A DNA stretch of 63,916 bases, counting the filler. It is 12 parts of 12 records of this genome, joined end to end, with 100 filler letters (N's around TTAATTAATTAA, not from the genome) between each part and the next. Parts side by side here need not be neighbours in the genome. Positions count along the whole stretch, not along the records: positions 11,295 to 17,054 come from SRR7504441_15151; positions 17,155 to 20,177 come from SRR7504441_15153; positions 20,278 to 23,836 come from SRR7504441_15156; positions 23,937 to 29,189 come from SRR7504441_15161; 8 more parts are not named here. One strand, given 5' to 3'. Numbering within the stretch: the stretch's first letter is position 1; each line of letters starts with the position of its first letter. Both the position numbers and the translations under genes were made by a program. The notes under the pieces are model-generated. The model worked only from the letters and a program-made list of their open reading frames with translations, made no database searches and was not told the origin of the DNA. This document shows, piece by piece, positions 12,175-24,756 of this stretch.

Positions 12175-12971
12175 ATGTATGCGACTCGCGCCGTGTGGCA
12201 GCAAGCTGCCCGGCGGTGGGCCAGCGTGGGCGGGTGGTCGCGGGTGTCCGGAAAGCGGCTGGTGAGCTCGGGTAGCGGCAAGGGCGGCGGGCTGCTCGAG
12301 GGCTACTCCCGGCTGCTCGACTCGCATCCGCTGGCCACCAAGGTGGTCACCAGCGGAGTGATCATGGCCGTAGGCGATACAATGTGCGCCCCAGGCCGGC
12401 CCAGGGGCTGACGTGGCCGGGCAGCGTCCAGACGACCGTCGAGGAGAAGTCGGTGACAGAGCTCGACGTGGAGCGCACGGCGATCATGACCACTTTGGGC
12501 TGCGGGCTGATCGCTCCGGGGCTGCACGTCTGGTAGGCCGTCGCAACCGGTGGCCCAGCGGCTGACGCCGGTGCGCAGGTTTGGCACCCTAGCGCGGGCA
12601 GTGAGCGGCCTGACCGGCCCGACCAAAGTGGCTGTGAGCCTGGCCGCCGATCAACTGGTGCGGCCGCTGCCCGTCAGGCGCCAGCCGAGGGCCAGATCTG
12701 GGCGCCGCCGTTCATCGCGGCGTTCATGTCCGGGGTGATGGTGCTGGAGGGGCGGTCGGGGGCCATACGGGAGGAGCTGGAGGCCAAGATGTGGCCAGCG
12801 CTGCAGACCAACTGGATGATGTGGATCCCGGCTCAGCTGATCAATCTGTCCGTGGTCCCTCTCAAGTACAGAGTGCTGGTGGCCAACGGGGTCGGGTTCG
12901 TGTTCAATATGTACCTGTCCTGGGCCACTCACCGCGAGATCGAGCCCAGCGCCCGCGAGACCGAGAACTAA
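12175..12971 (+). CDS. Mpv17/PMP22 family membrane protein (3 introns)
   Basis: YSRLLDSHPLATKVVTSGVIMAVGD..Q, DQLIWAP, WIPAQLINLSVVPLKYRVL. Introns 12384-12424, 12533-12578 and 12658-12695 restore the frame. The Arg/Ser-rich N-terminus resembles a mitochondrial presequence. Confidence 0.9.
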
Positions 12972-13280
12972 CATGAGCAACGCGACTGATAAGAACTTTG
13001 TGAGCAATGGAAGCAATACGGTGTCTACACACGTCTATTCGCTCAATAAATGCATTGCCTACATGCCAAGCTGTAACGAGCTGTAACTACTGTGCTAGCC
13101 GCAATTTAAGCAGAGCTGGTAGTAACTATGCGGTTGCACCGATACCGTTGCAGATTGCAAGGACCGCCAGATAGAACATGGAATCGGTGTAGACATATGT
13201 AACGAGACAACGGCACGGGCCAGCCCGCGGGGTCAGGGGTCGGCACGCCGGTTGTGCACTTGCAACGGTGCTGACTAACA

Positions 13281-13294
13281 TACTCGTACGAGTA
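13281..13294. repeat. 14-bp palindrome TACTCGTACGAGTA (copy 1)
   Basis: Perfect palindrome in an AT-rich 3' intergenic region. An identical copy is at 55781-55794. Confidence 0.85.
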
Positions 13295-13332
13295 CGAGTA
13301 ATTAAGCTTATAATTAATATTGTACGACGCAG

Positions 13333-13928
13333 TCATGGCATCACATGCAGGCTCGGGTTGGTGATCAGACCTCCCAGTTGCGCGGGGCCTCGTCGCGCAC
13401 CGCCATCCCGGTCTCCTCGTCCTGCGCCCCGCCGCTCGCCCAGCCTCAGCCCCGCCCGCACCACGTGCCACCGCCCGAAGTTCCCTGCATAGTAACCGCC
13501 CGGCTGCAACGGCGCGTCCCTCCGGTAGCCGCGCTCGGGCCGATTCGGCTGCCGGCTGCCCGCCCGGCCTCGGCCGGCCGCAGGGGAGCGGGGGCGCACG
13601 CGCGGTCGGTCTGCCAGCTGGCGTTCTTGCCGGTGCTCACTTTCCAGCGGCGCGTCGGGCTCTCGGGGGGCTGCCGGCCGGCGGGGGGGCTGAGCCAGCC
13701 GGGCTGCGTGCTCGGGAGGATCCACTGGCCGCCCCAGGTATCCGCCCAGCTCCGCTCGGCCGCCAGCGGGATCTGGTGCGAGCGGTGCCCGCCCTGCCGG
13801 TCGGCCGCTGCGCAGTCCCGGTGGCGGCGGGAGGGGAGCGGGCGGAGTCCGGTGCGGAAACACTGGTCGGCGTGGCTGGTGCTGCAGCCCTTGTCCAGCT
13901 CCGCGCACCGCGCCCCCTTTGACGTCAT
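13333..13928 (-). CDS. Hypothetical protein, probably spliced
   Basis: ATG at 13928 is divergent from the enoyl-CoA hydratase. GC-rich coding-like frames end at 13333, followed by AT-rich UTR-like sequence. No recognisable domain, and the exon structure is uncertain. Confidence 0.35.
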
Positions 13929-14000
13929 CACCTCTCCAGCCCCGCACCACCTCCGTCCGCTTGTGTGCTCGAAAGGCACGCGACCCAACCCGACGGCGAC

Positions 14001-14962
<962 letters not shown>

Positions 14963-15311
14963 GCATCCCCCTGGCGGCGACTGCTCTACGAATGCGCCGG
15001 TCAATCGGTCTGACCGGGTAACTAGCAGCAATCTGTATCGGGCCAATCGAGTGCTATTTGGCTGTGTATCATTTGTGTGCATTTAAATTGAGAATCAACT
15101 TTCGATTCGTCGACTGTTCGTCGATTTGCTAGTCAGTTCGCGCATGAGTTCGCGCCGGCGTTGAGGTACAAGCGCTCGTCCCGCCCCGACCAGCAAAAAC
15201 CGGCTTGCGCACGCACATATGCTTGCCCGCACTGCTGGATGCGCGTTTGTTGTTCTTGATCGATCATTTTCGGCACTATTTCGGCACAATGACCGTTGTG
15301 ATTGTCGGGCC

Positions 15312-16834
15312 ATGCATGGAGTGCTGGGGGTGTCGCTTGCGCTGGCGGCCCTGGCCAACGCGGGTCACAACCCGGAGGACAGCTGGGAGGAGGCCTCGCT
15401 TTCCAGCCTGGCGCCCCGGCTGGGGGACGGCACGGCGGTTGACTGGTTCTTCGCCTTCAAAATGAACGCGGCCAGTTTCCCCGGCTGTCGGGGCGAGGTC
15501 GCGTGTATCTTCGGAGGGACCCCCCAGCAGTACCCGCACGGGTACTCGCTGCAGGCAGCGGTGAGCTACCGGCTGAACGGGCGGACCTCGCGGATGGCGC
15601 TGGAGCCGGGTTGCCTTGGGAGCGGGGCTGACCCTTTGGCCAAGACGTTCGCACAGGTGTTCGACGGCACCGCGGACAACTACGTCATATGGAACGATCA
15701 GTTCTACCAGGACCCTCAGCCGCAGGTGAGCCCGGCATGCGCCTGGGAAGGCCGACCGTCCAATGGCTGCTCGAGCCCCTGGGGCCACAGCAAGGGGGTG
15801 ATCGCCTGGGGTGCCGACGGGGCCGGGTTTGTTATGCAGACCACCACACCAGATTGGCCCGGGAACGGGGACAAGAACCGGCCGCGCCGCACCCAGGGCA
15901 ACACGCTCGGGTGCATCAAGGACGATAACGTCATGGTCTCTCAGCAAATCTTTGCCCTCAAGCTCGAAAGCGCCGCCGACACGACCGCCGTACTCCGGGC
16001 GCTTGCGCACGCCTCAGTGGTAACAGACCCGGCCAATTCGCAGCTGATGAAACTCGGGCGCGGTCCTGCCGAGCTAGCCGAGCTTGCTAGGGCGCTCGGG
16101 CAGATTTCGACGGCACAGGCCCCACTGGTGCAGCAAATAGGTTCGGTGCAGCTCCTAGCAAAACCGTCGGCGCTGCACGTGCCGCCCTGGCAGATGGTGA
16201 GTGCGCTGCTGGGCGGGATAGCGCTCCGAGTTGCCTCGTGGTGGAGCTACCCGGAGATCCTGTCGGAGGAGGCCGGCACGCCTGGCTGCTGGAGTGACAT
16301 GTTGGGTAAGGCGGGCCGTGTGGAGATAGCGACCACCGGGCGCTGGGGCGACACTGTCTTGGGGCTCAAGGGGTGCCGGCGGGGGCCGGGCTGGGCTGAG
16401 CCGGGGGCAGCGGTCTCGGACGGGACTACAACCACGCCAAGATCGGGGTGGCTACCGGGCCTGCGGGCAAGCCGCTCTCAATCATGGGCGATATGAACCA
16501 ACAAGGAAGTTTCTCGCCCGATCAGCGCTTCTGTGCCTCCTCACAGAACGGTCGCGGAGGACTGTTTTACGTCGTCTCAGACCCGGTGCTGCACGAGGAC
16601 CTGACCCAGTTGCTGGGCGGCCAGTCAGCACCATTCGCCAGCCCTGCTTCTGGGGAGCAGAGCCGGAGACGCCGCTCCAGGGGGCAGTGCTGCTACTACA
16701 GTGCGGCGAGCTGCCCGAGTGGGGCGCGGTGCTGCTCCGGATCAGGGGCAGGGTATGGGAGCGAACGCATCTGCAGCCGGTACGGCGCCAAACATGGGTG
16801 CACTTGGGACGGCAGCCAATGCACCGTGGCCTAA
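15312..16834 (+). CDS. Secreted deoxyribonuclease II (PLD superfamily) with C-terminal 8-Cys extension (1 intron)
   Basis: Signal peptide, VDWFFAFK, WNDQ, first HxK motif GHSKG, second HxK motif NHAKIG after intron 16373-16410, GDMN, QNGRGG. Confidence 0.88.
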
Positions 16835-17154
16835 GATGAGTAAGAATTAGATCCATGGATCCTCGCGACCCTCGGGGATCAAATTAAGTACGTTCATGTA
16901 ATACAGTAATAGTACGTTCATGTTGCTCTAATTAAGGAGGACCTGATGGAGCAGCTCGAGGGGCTCGGGATGGGAGGGCAGATGTTCAACAGGGATCAGC
17001 TGCTTGCTGGCGAGCGATTGACCGTCTGACGATGACGGTGATGATGACGAGTTGNNNNNNNNNNNNNNNNNNNNNNNNNNNNNNNNNNNNNNNNNNNNTT
17101 AATTAATTAANNNNNNNNNNNNNNNNNNNNNNNNNNNNNNNNNNNNNNNNNNNN

Positions 17155-20080
17155 CGGGGGCGCCGCCTCCAGGGGCGATGCAGTCTGTTGGTCAGACCGC
17201 AGCTGTACCCAGTTTTTACAATCCCAAAGCTGAGCTTTCAGCCGGCACAGCGCCTCAGGCGCTTGCTCCGAAGCCTCAGTCTGAAGCTGATCCCAAGGGG
17301 AAACCATCGGTATGTATGCTTCCTGATCCTCTGGTGCCCGGCTCTGACATTATGTGTTGTAGGGCGGTAATGAGCCACGGCGGGCAAGCAATGGCAAATC
17401 AAGGATCGATCCTGCACAAATTCCACGTCCTGCAAGTTCAAACGAGCACAAGGCGCTCAGAAAACTGCAGAAACCTAAAGTGGACCCCGTAGATTCCAAC
17501 CCCAATGTCATGTCTGCAGAACCAGCCACAGCCAACTGTTCTCCATCTTACATGCGAGCTACTCTCAACCAGATAGGCAATGCTGAGACAGTGGCAAAGC
17601 CGACCATGTTGCCTCTCGGTGTAATCGTGAAACCCCTACAAAATGATGGCCCAGAAGAAGATGCAGTAGGACTAGTAGATTCTGGACTGATCAGATGTAA
17701 GGCCTGTATGGGCTACATGAATCCATTCGTGCGGTTTGCTGATAACGGGCACACCTGGATATGTAACTTATGCTTCACAAAGAACACTGTTCCCCAGGTG
17801 AGTTTTGAGAGAATCACCCAATCATCCGTGTCTAGATTGCCCCACGTCTGCTCAAGAATTTGTGTGACTCCTCCTCTGCAGGAATACTACTGTGGCTTTG
17901 ATGGTGCTGGCCGGCGTTATGATGTACAACAGAGGCCTGAGCTGCGGTATGGCCTGGTGGAGTGGATTGCACCTCCAGAGTTCAGCAAGCGGCCCGCGCA
18001 ACAGCCGAATTATTTGTTTGTGGTTGATGTATCTTATGTGGCAGTGTCGTCAGGTGTGCTTGGCATGTGGTTCTCTGCCATTCAGGAGGTGCAATTATGC
18101 CTCCCTAGCAAATCGCACAAACAGCCAATGACCACACAAATCGTGGCAGGTCCTAGACTGCATTCAGGATCCGAGGGCGAAAGTAGGGTTCATCACGTTC
18201 AACCGGTTTGTGCAGTTCTACCACTACAGCAGCAATTCAACTAGGCTGAGATGTACAATTGGACACCAGCTCGACCAGGTGCCTGCTCCAGCCAATATCA
18301 GTCCAGGCTGACGCATTCTGGCCACCAGGTTGGGAGCCCAGTGCCTCACGGCATTCTGTTCAGCCTGGCCAATGAGAGGTTTAAGGTTGAACAGATCATG
18401 AGCACAATCCAACAGACAGAAGGGGCGAACCCTGTTGCCAATGCATGCACTGGAGCTGGAATCCTGGCAGCCGCTTCTGTGCTGGACACTCTAGGTGGAA
18501 AGGTGATGCTGTTCACAGCGTCAGGGCCCAGCTGCGGCCCTGGTACAGGACCTAAGGGTTTCAACGAGAAAACCATTGTTGGGACTGTTGATGAACGGAA
18601 GCTATACCAGCCTCAGGATGGATATTGGCGCAAGCTTGGCCTTGCATGTGTCAAGCGATTTGTATCCGTAGACATATTTGCAGCAGATTCGGTGACCAAT
18701 ATGGCCAGCCTATCACATGTGTCCAAAGTGACAGCTGGACAAGTATATCGTGCCACCTCTTCAGGGCTGCACTATCGGAATACAGTGATGATGAACCTGC
18801 GAAGAAATCTACTCAGAAAGCAAGGCTGGGAGGCAGTCATGCGGATCCGGGTCAGCAAAGGGCTGGAGATTTCCAACTACTATGGCAACTTCAACATGTG
18901 GACTGAGCATGATATGGAAGTTGTGGCCATTGACTGTGACAAGGCTGTGGCAGTGCAGTTCAAATATACGGCTGATATACTAAAGAATCCTGTGTGCATT
19001 CAGGCTGCTATGCTTTACACAAACCAGGTGCTCTGCAGTGCTGCCACTATTGTACTCTCGAGCTGATAGTGGCATGTGACAGAGAGGCGAGAGACGTATC
19101 CGGGTGCTGTCGCAGCAGTTGTCTATCACCTCACAGCTAGCCAACGTGTTCCGCGGTGAGTCTCATCTTGCTGCTGAGGTGTAAACTTACTGTCCTGGTA
19201 GGTGCTGATGTTGACGCAATCATGAACTTCTCGCTTCGCGGATGCTTGCAAGCTTGCATCAGCTCCACCATACAAAATGCCAGGGACGTTGTGCTAAAAC
19301 GAACCATCAGTTCACTGCATGCGTATCGCAAGTGTGTCCCTGCTGTATTGTGAGAGGCTCACTGCCCTACCTGCAGGTCTTGTGCTCAGAGCAGCTCACT
19401 AGCTCAGCTCATTCTGCCCGAATCGCTCAAGCTGTTACCACTGTACTCTCTGGGTCTGCTCAAGACTACCCTGCTTCGCAAAGGTAGTGAAGTGAGCTTT
19501 GATGAGCGATCTTTCCTCATCGCTGCATTCAACAGCATGCCTATTGTCACAGTGATCCGCTACATGTACCCTATGCTCGTTCCACTACACAACTGTAATG
19601 AGGTTGACAGTTGTGGGACCATTCTAGAGGACAAGGTTGCAGCCTTATCCCCACTGGACATTGACATTTGGGTAGGTTACCATGGCCATGCCCGGCTTTG
19701 TGTCGACCTCGTCTGAGAAGCTGGAATCGGATGGGATCTATCTGCTGGACACTGGGCTTGCGCTCTACATCTGGGTTGGGCGGCATGTGAGCGCCCAAGT
19801 CCTACAGGGCATGTTTGGGGTGATAGCATTTGAGGATGTGTTGTGTGATGCATTCCCACTGCTTGAGACGCCGCTGTCGCAGACCGTAAACAGAATCCTG
19901 AACTATGTACAGGAGCAGGGCCAGTTCTGGCGACCAGTGGAAGTGCTCAAGCAGAAGAGCCCCCAGGAGGTCAAACTGTATGCTTCAATGGTGGAGGATA
20001 AATCTGCCCCGGGTTACAACTTCAGCTACGTCGAGTTCCTCTGTCATATTCATACGCAAATACAACAAAAGCTAAAGTAA
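17155..20080 (+). CDS. SEC24: COPII coat subunit Sec24 (C/D-like), 5' partial, multi-intron
   Basis: RIDPAQIPRP, NCSPSYMRAT, zinc finger RCKACMGYMNPF..WICNLC, FVVDVS, GWEAVMRIRVSKGL, QAAMLYT..GERRIRV, QLILPESLKLLPLY, SYVEFLCHIHTQI. TAA at 20080. Confidence 0.95.
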
Positions 20081-20277
20081 TTAATTTTAGGTCTCGAAAA
20101 CAGTTGTGGCAGATGATTAATGCGGCGATCTTCCAATCGGGGATGCCGTTACCATGTGCTGTAATGAGGTGAGCCTANNNNNNNNNNNNNNNNNNNNNNN
20201 NNNNNNNNNNNNNNNNNNNNNTTAATTAATTAANNNNNNNNNNNNNNNNNNNNNNNNNNNNNNNNNNNNNNNNNNNN

Positions 20278-23200
20278 GAACACAGCGAAACCGGGACTCT
20301 TTCGGTGCAGGCCGACCCGGCGGCGGTGGGGGCGGTGATGGCGGTGCTGCCCCAGGAGAGCGCGGCCAGGGTGGAGACGGCGCTCATTTCCAATGGGAAT
20401 GACAGCCAGGCTGCCATCGACGAGCTGCTTCGCAACCCTGCCGCCGCCGCTGCACACACTGCACCGGCGGCCCCGGCGGCCCCGGCGGCCCCGGCGGCAC
20501 CGGCGGTCTCCTCCAACCCGTTCGACGACCCACTGCCGGAGCCGAGCGAGCCGATCGATCCGCCAGCCGTCGAGAGCGAAAGCGCGCACGCCGGGGACTT
20601 TCGATCGCAGAAAAGCTCTGAAAGTCTGCTCGACACTCCGAACCAGCCGCCGGCCGAGCCGATCGACCTGCACACGGGGGGCGATCTGGTCGGGCTGGCC
20701 GTGTCCTCCGCCGGGGACTGGGGGAGCGGTCCCGGCGAGGAACCCACTCCGAGCCCGAGGCTGTCTGCAGAGAGTGGGGCGAGTCTCAGTGCGGATCCTG
20801 CGGAGCCGGCCAAGGCGCCTGTGGCGCAGGAGAAGAAGCTGGCGGTGCTCAAGAAGGCCTATCTGAAGCTGGAGCAGGAGGCTCAGCAGCTCCGAGACTC
20901 GTTCGAGACTGAGAAACAAGCGAGGGCTGCAGCCGAGGCTGCGCGCACCAGGGCGGAGAGCGAGTTGGAGGCCGCCCAGGCGACCCGGTCGGCCGAGGCC
21001 GAGGAGCTGCGGGAGAGCCGTGACCGGCTCCGGGCGGAGCTGACAGCGGCCGATGAGCGAGCTGTGATGGCGAATGAGTCATGGTGGGTTAGAGCTGAGC
21101 GGGTCTCGGCTGAGCTGTGGGGGTAGCGGGGTAGCAGCGATGCGGGAGGGGCTTGCAGCGCTGTTGGACTCGCCGCAGCTGAGTGATGTGCAGGTGGGCG
21201 GTGAGTGACGGTGGTGGGTGAGTTTGGGTGGCAGTTCCTGGTAGAAGGGAGAACATTGTGGGCTCACAGGGCTGTTTTAGTCATGTTTGGTGGGAGCTTT
21301 GCGGATGATTGGAAGGCTACGGACCCTGGCGAGCCGATCGAGCTGGTGGTGCCCCGGGTGCGTGTCACACGGCGCCGGTTTAGGAAGGCGTTACGCTATG
21401 TTACACTATGTTACGCTATGTGTTACGCTATCGGCAGGTGCGGTACGAGGTGTTTCGGCGGATGCTCGAGTGGATGTACACGGATGCGGCCGGTTTCGAC
21501 CCAGCCCAGGCGCTCGAGCTGCTCGAATTGGCCTACAAGTACCACCTTGCCCCGCTGATCAAGCTGTGTGAAGAAACAGTGGTCAAAGGCAGTTCCGTGG
21601 ACTCGATTGTCGACGTACTCAGCTCGGCCGATCGGCTGCAGAGCGAGGCGCTCAAGCGGCACTGCGCAGGTGTTAACCCCGCCTTCCCGATTAGGAAGGC
21701 GTGTTAACCTATCCGCAGGGTTTATCAAGGAGAATTACCAGCAGTTACTTGACGGAAAGGCTTTTGTGGACCTTAGCGCGGCGCTCACGAGGGAGATATT
21801 CGAATCGATATCTCCCGATTCTCTCCATTTAGCTATAGAGAACGAGCGTGTAGACGTTGTAATGCTCATGCTGTACAGCGACGCTGACATCAACGCGACC
21901 AGCTCGCGGGGTCGCCTCCCTCTCGAGACGGCGCTCGCAAACCACACCCTGGCGACAGCTGACCGACTGGTTAAACTCAACGCCAACGTGGACATGCCAA
22001 CGGCGAGTTCAGGTGGGCTGACTGGCGGGGTTGGCCGATTTGGGCCAGGGGCTATGTTACTTGAGTTTTCTAAAAAGGGCGATGAGGAGGCAGTCGGTTT
22101 TCTGGTCAAGGTTGGTGGGAGCTTGGCTGGTTAGTTATGGAGTGTGTGGCAGCACGGAGCTAACAAGGACGTGTGCGACGATGACGGGCTGATGGCGTTA
22201 GACCTGGCATGTATGAGCGGTCAGGATGGGGTGAGTGGCCTAGGATTTTGGAGCGCGGAATGCGCGATTTGGTTTGAATGTTGATTATTTGTTTGTATTA
22301 GGTGATGATGAAATTACTCGAGATGAAGTGCAAGAGCAGATTCCAGGATAGCGATGGCAACTCCATCTTGCATCTGGCATGCTACGAAGGAGCTGAGAGC
22401 AAGATCCTCTTGGCACTGGATGCTGTAGACAACATCATGCTGCCCAATGGCCGTGGCGAGACGCCTCTGCACGTGGCAGCTGCCCAGGGCTGTTCGGCCG
22501 CTGTGTTCCACCTCCTTGACAGGTGATTAATTCTTTATTCATAGCAAGAGCTAATCAGCAGCAGGGGGCATTTGGCCGACCCTACTGATGACTCCGGATG
22601 GACGCCGCTCCGACATGCGTTGTGGAAGGGGCATCTGGAGGTGGCAACGATACTGTGTCAGGTGCGTTGCTCAGTGGCCTGGGGACGAGGGTTTGAATTT
22701 GAATTTCTAGGTTGGCGCGAATTTGAATTTAGCAAGTGAAGACGACGGGGAAGAGGGCGACACCATGCTGCACTTGGCCTGCATGCAAGGGCTCGAAGAA
22801 GTGGCGCTGTTTCTAGTCACCCAAGGCGCCAATGTGAACGCCAGATCGGTAACAGTGAGAGTACTAGGAGTGTGAGCTCAATGCTATAATAGTAGCACTA
22901 TATGATTTAGCAGTGAGAGGGCTAGATGGGCATCAGCTGGTCGCAGGTGCTTGGACAGTACCCTGTGGACATGTTTTGCTCCAACCGCAAGATGTACATG
23001 GATGACAAGCTCCTGCTGGCCATGCTCGACAAAGGCAATACTACTAGCACTGCTATTACTGTAGTAGTACTACTGTAACTGTAGTAGTAGTAACTAACGC
23101 TCGATGTAGGTGGCTCAAGCTCGTTTGTTGACGAGAATGGCAACACCCTGCTCCACCTGGCCGCCATCCAAGGCAGCGAACAACAAGTCGAGCTGCTCCT

Positions 23201-23836
23201 TCGGAACAGCCAGGCAGAAGACGCTACCAACGTGCCCGAAACGCCCCGCGTTGGCTGAGCGGTTCCGCAGGGGAGTGCAAAGGCTGTGGCGCTTGTAAAT
23301 GCTTCGATGGAGCAGCCGCTGCATCTGGCTGCCGCTCATGGCCAGTACAAGGTGGTCGCCACGATGCTTCAGCACGGCGCCGACTGCAACGCCAGAGATC
23401 GGCTCGGCCGGTATTACTACTGTAGTACTGCTATATTACTAGCACTGCTATTACTAGCTACTACCTGTACTGTAGTACTACTACTGTAACTAACGCCAGA
23501 GATCGGCTCGGCCGGTATACAATCACCTCTGCGCTAGTCAATATGCAAGGCGAGTGGCTGAGCGCCGCTGCAGGACTCCTCTGCACATGGCGGCTCCATT
23601 TCAGAACATTTGCGTCGTCCTGCTCACTATGGGCAAAGGCGTCGATGTCAACGCCAAAGACAACGGTCGGCCGCTGGTCTTGAGCTGCTTGAGCGAGTTG
23701 GTGTGCAGAGGGCTGCACACCGCTGATGCTCGCGGTTAGTAGTGAGAAACCCGTCAAGACTTGCCGGCTGCTTCTTGAGAGAGACGCGGACCCCAACGCC
23801 ACAAACAACGTCGGAAAGAGCCCGTTGCACTACGTG
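20278..23836 (+). CDS. CUE/UBA + coiled-coil + BTB/POZ + ankyrin-repeat protein (Rabankyrin-5-like architecture), partial
   Basis: VLPQESAARVETALISNGNDSQAAIDELL (CUE-like); coiled coil; BTB LSDVQFLVEGRTLWAHRAVL..FRRMLEWMYTD..LLELAYKY; many G.TPLH.A ankyrin repeats across short introns. Confidence 0.8.
21391..21430 (+). repeat. Intronic tandem repeat of ~10-nt unit TTACGCTATG (about 4 copies)
   Basis: ttacgctatg ttacactatg ttacgctatg tgttacgcta. Confidence 0.8.
23388..23518 (+). repeat. 27-bp direct repeat flanking a 77-bp TAC/TAG-rich intronic insert
   Basis: AACGCCAGAGATCGGCTCGGCCGGTAT at 23388-23414 and 23492-23518. Confidence 0.9.
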
Positions 23837-23936
23837 NNNNNNNNNNNNNNNNNNNNNNNNNNNNNNNNNNNNNNNNNNNNTTAATTAATTAANNNNNNNN
23901 NNNNNNNNNNNNNNNNNNNNNNNNNNNNNNNNNNNN

Positions 23937-24405
23937 CTCGATCGTGCAGGGCCAGACCACCGTGTGGGTGTATGTGCCGGTGGGGGACGGGCAGACCGAG
24001 CCAGGGGTCGGGCTGCAGATGGCCTCGTACCAGTACCCGATCCTGCAGACATACATCGACGTCTGCCTGCTCGGCTGCCTGGAGCAGGGCGAGGCGTGCG
24101 CGGCCGAGTTCATCCGGAGCACACGCGGCTGGGAAGGGCCCTGGCTGGACGACCGACAGACCCCGCGCCGGCCGTGGATCCACCAGCCGCAGTATAAGCT
24201 TATCGATAAGATCTTGAGGGACGTGATTCCCGAGCAGTTCAAACAGCGGATGCTGCCCGAGGATATGGGCACCGCGCTGGCCAAGCAGTCGCTCGAGCAA
24301 GCCGAACCCAAGCCGGCCAGCTCGCTTGCCGACTGTTGCAAGCTCCGGATGAGCGAGCGCAACTTTTGGTTTGACGATGCCAACTCGCGCAGCCACGAGT
24401 GGTAG
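23937..24405 (+). CDS. Gamma-glutamylcyclotransferase-like protein, C-terminal part
   Basis: VWVYVP..YPILQTYIDVCLLGCLEQGEACAAEFIRSTRGW..WLDDR..PRRPW resembles the C-terminus of GGCT-like family proteins (recalled, not searched). Confidence 0.6.
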
Positions 24406-24756
24406 ACGAGCACCCGACTGCCACACTTGGATCAACAACCAACAGAGTAGCTCACCATGCCGTAACCATCCATGCCACATCGGTCGCACAATGATCATGA
24501 TGGTTGGAGTCAGCTCATGTTATGTACAATCACATTGATTTGTCACATTGATCTGTGACGTAATTTTAAGCATGGCATATAATATGCGTATCAGTATTTT
24601 TCGTACTCAATCTTATTTTTCATATTTGCCTAGGCCCAGGCTACTTAGATCCACTCGTCCACTGGCTCGTGTTATTGTCTCCAAGAACGCAGTGCCGTTA
24701 TTCTCGATTGACGGTCAGGAAGACTCCAACTGGCGGGCTGATCGCGACCCCGAGCA

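Noticed and set aside
20460-20506. GCCCCGGCG tandem repeat
   Set aside because: Simple coding Ala-Pro-Ala linker.
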